A stretch of 63,674 nucleotides of DNA, filler included, from Rhabdomonas costata (taxonomy: Eukaryota): NCBI GenBank assembly GCA_019059605.1. It is 42 parts of 42 records of this genome, joined end to end, with 100 filler letters (N's around TTAATTAATTAA, not from the genome) between each part and the next. Parts side by side here need not be neighbours in the genome. Positions count along the whole stretch, not along the records: positions 62,258 to 63,674 come from JAHMHO010016529.1; 41 more parts are not named here. One strand, given 5' to 3'. Positions 62,606 through 63,674 of this stretch are shown here, piece by piece; positions within the stretch are counted from its first letter, which is position 1, and each line of letters opens with the position of its first letter. The translations under genes were made by a program, and so were the position numbers. The notes under the pieces were generated by a model, which had not been told where the DNA came from, made no database searches, and saw only the letters and a list, made by a program, of their open reading frames with translations.

Positions 62606-63674
62606 GGGCGGGCGGAGGAAGACGGCGACAGGTGAGAGGTAGAGAGGAGAGACAACAAATGAGAAGAGAGCACCAGTGGCGGCGTGGGAGGATGCGCGGT
62701 AGGTTTGGTTGTAGTAGAGATCAATCTGGACCATGACCAAAGATGAAGGGAAAAGCCTCGCAGAGGCGGTTGAACAACAAATGAAACTGTGCTCCAAGAA
62801 GAAAGAGTGCGTTTCTCAGGAACGGCGCATTCTACTTTATTACATCAAGCGATGCTGTCGCCATTCAGGACAAGTATTCTTTCGCTGCCTTTCTGTTAAC
62901 TGTTGTCGAGATCGGGAGGACCCGCAAATACTGAAGAAGTCCTTCATGCCGTGAGAAGTTTCTGCTGTTGCAGAGGAAGAGGTTTAGCATCTGGAAACGT
63001 TCATCGCCCTCTAAACCCCTGAAGCAGTGTGTTGGAAGTCTGGGGGAACGTTTATTGTCCTCTGGGCACTGCGCAAGCCTTGAATTTGTATAGCGCCCAC
63101 TACCCAACCTCGTATAGTGGGCACTATACACCTGTATAACCCATGTTCACACAAACAACTCCTCTCATTTAAGATGGGACTTGCAATGAATAAAGTTGCA
63201 TGAGATTGTGTGACATTCAAGATAAGCATTTCTTTTGAAAAGGCAGCAATGCAAATGCAGGGTATGAGTGCAGGCAAGGGCATGCTGAGCCTTCTCGTGG
63301 CGGTCCTTTACCCTGTCCTTCCCCTTGAACCGAGGCACATTGGCGGTGAACCCCGCCAGGCAACCTACGAACGGGTAGTCAACTTTATTTTCCTCCTCGG
63401 TTTCAAACGACTCACAACCCCGACGTACTGGTGGTCGCCTTGCAGAACATGCCGCGGCTTCGGCTTCGCCTTCGGTTTCGGAATCCGGCTCCCTTCCGGT
63501 TGAACAGGAGCCGGGGCCGGAAGGGTCATTGAAGAGTGAGAGAGCTTCAGCTGTCGACGTCCCAAATACGGCAAAAACTTTTTCTGTAGTCATCAGCTCC
63601 TCTCCCAGAGTTCCAGCAGTTGAGCTGTTCGACTGGTCATCCCGAACGAGCAAGCTTAGCATGTGCCCTCCAAT

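Overview
This window is not a contiguous locus. It is 42 unrelated contigs of about 1.42 kb each, joined by 41 artificial 100-nt spacers (N44-TTAATTAATTAA-N44), so adjacency across spacers means nothing. The DNA is from an intron-rich eukaryote with short GC3-rich exons, probably a euglenozoan/euglenid. That assignment is an inference from a class I fumarase, an [15 protein letters not shown], a hybrid-type His kinase, a degenerate cyclase and a dynein-2 subunit. Manual splicing gives partial genes for NAA15, class I fumarate hydratase, cytoplasmic dynein heavy chain, WDR34, L2HGDH, NEK and MAPK kinases, a DEAH helicase, a USP, LIM, ankyrin, EGF-CUB and coiled-coil proteins, an ion channel, a GNAT, a metacaspase-like protein, a CMD/AhpD-family protein, a His kinase and an R-S-E ADP-ribosyltransferase domain. 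Decayed mobile elements include two Merlin/IS1595-like transposases, a DIRS-type RNase H and non-LTR RT relics. I cannot support a claim of a complete new multi-gene system, because the contigs are too short. The strongest unusual signals are a very high rate of GC-AG introns, the Merlin transposons, the intron-containing ART and CMD domains, and a tandem array of Cys-rich exons. All family assignments come from motif recognition; no database search was run.
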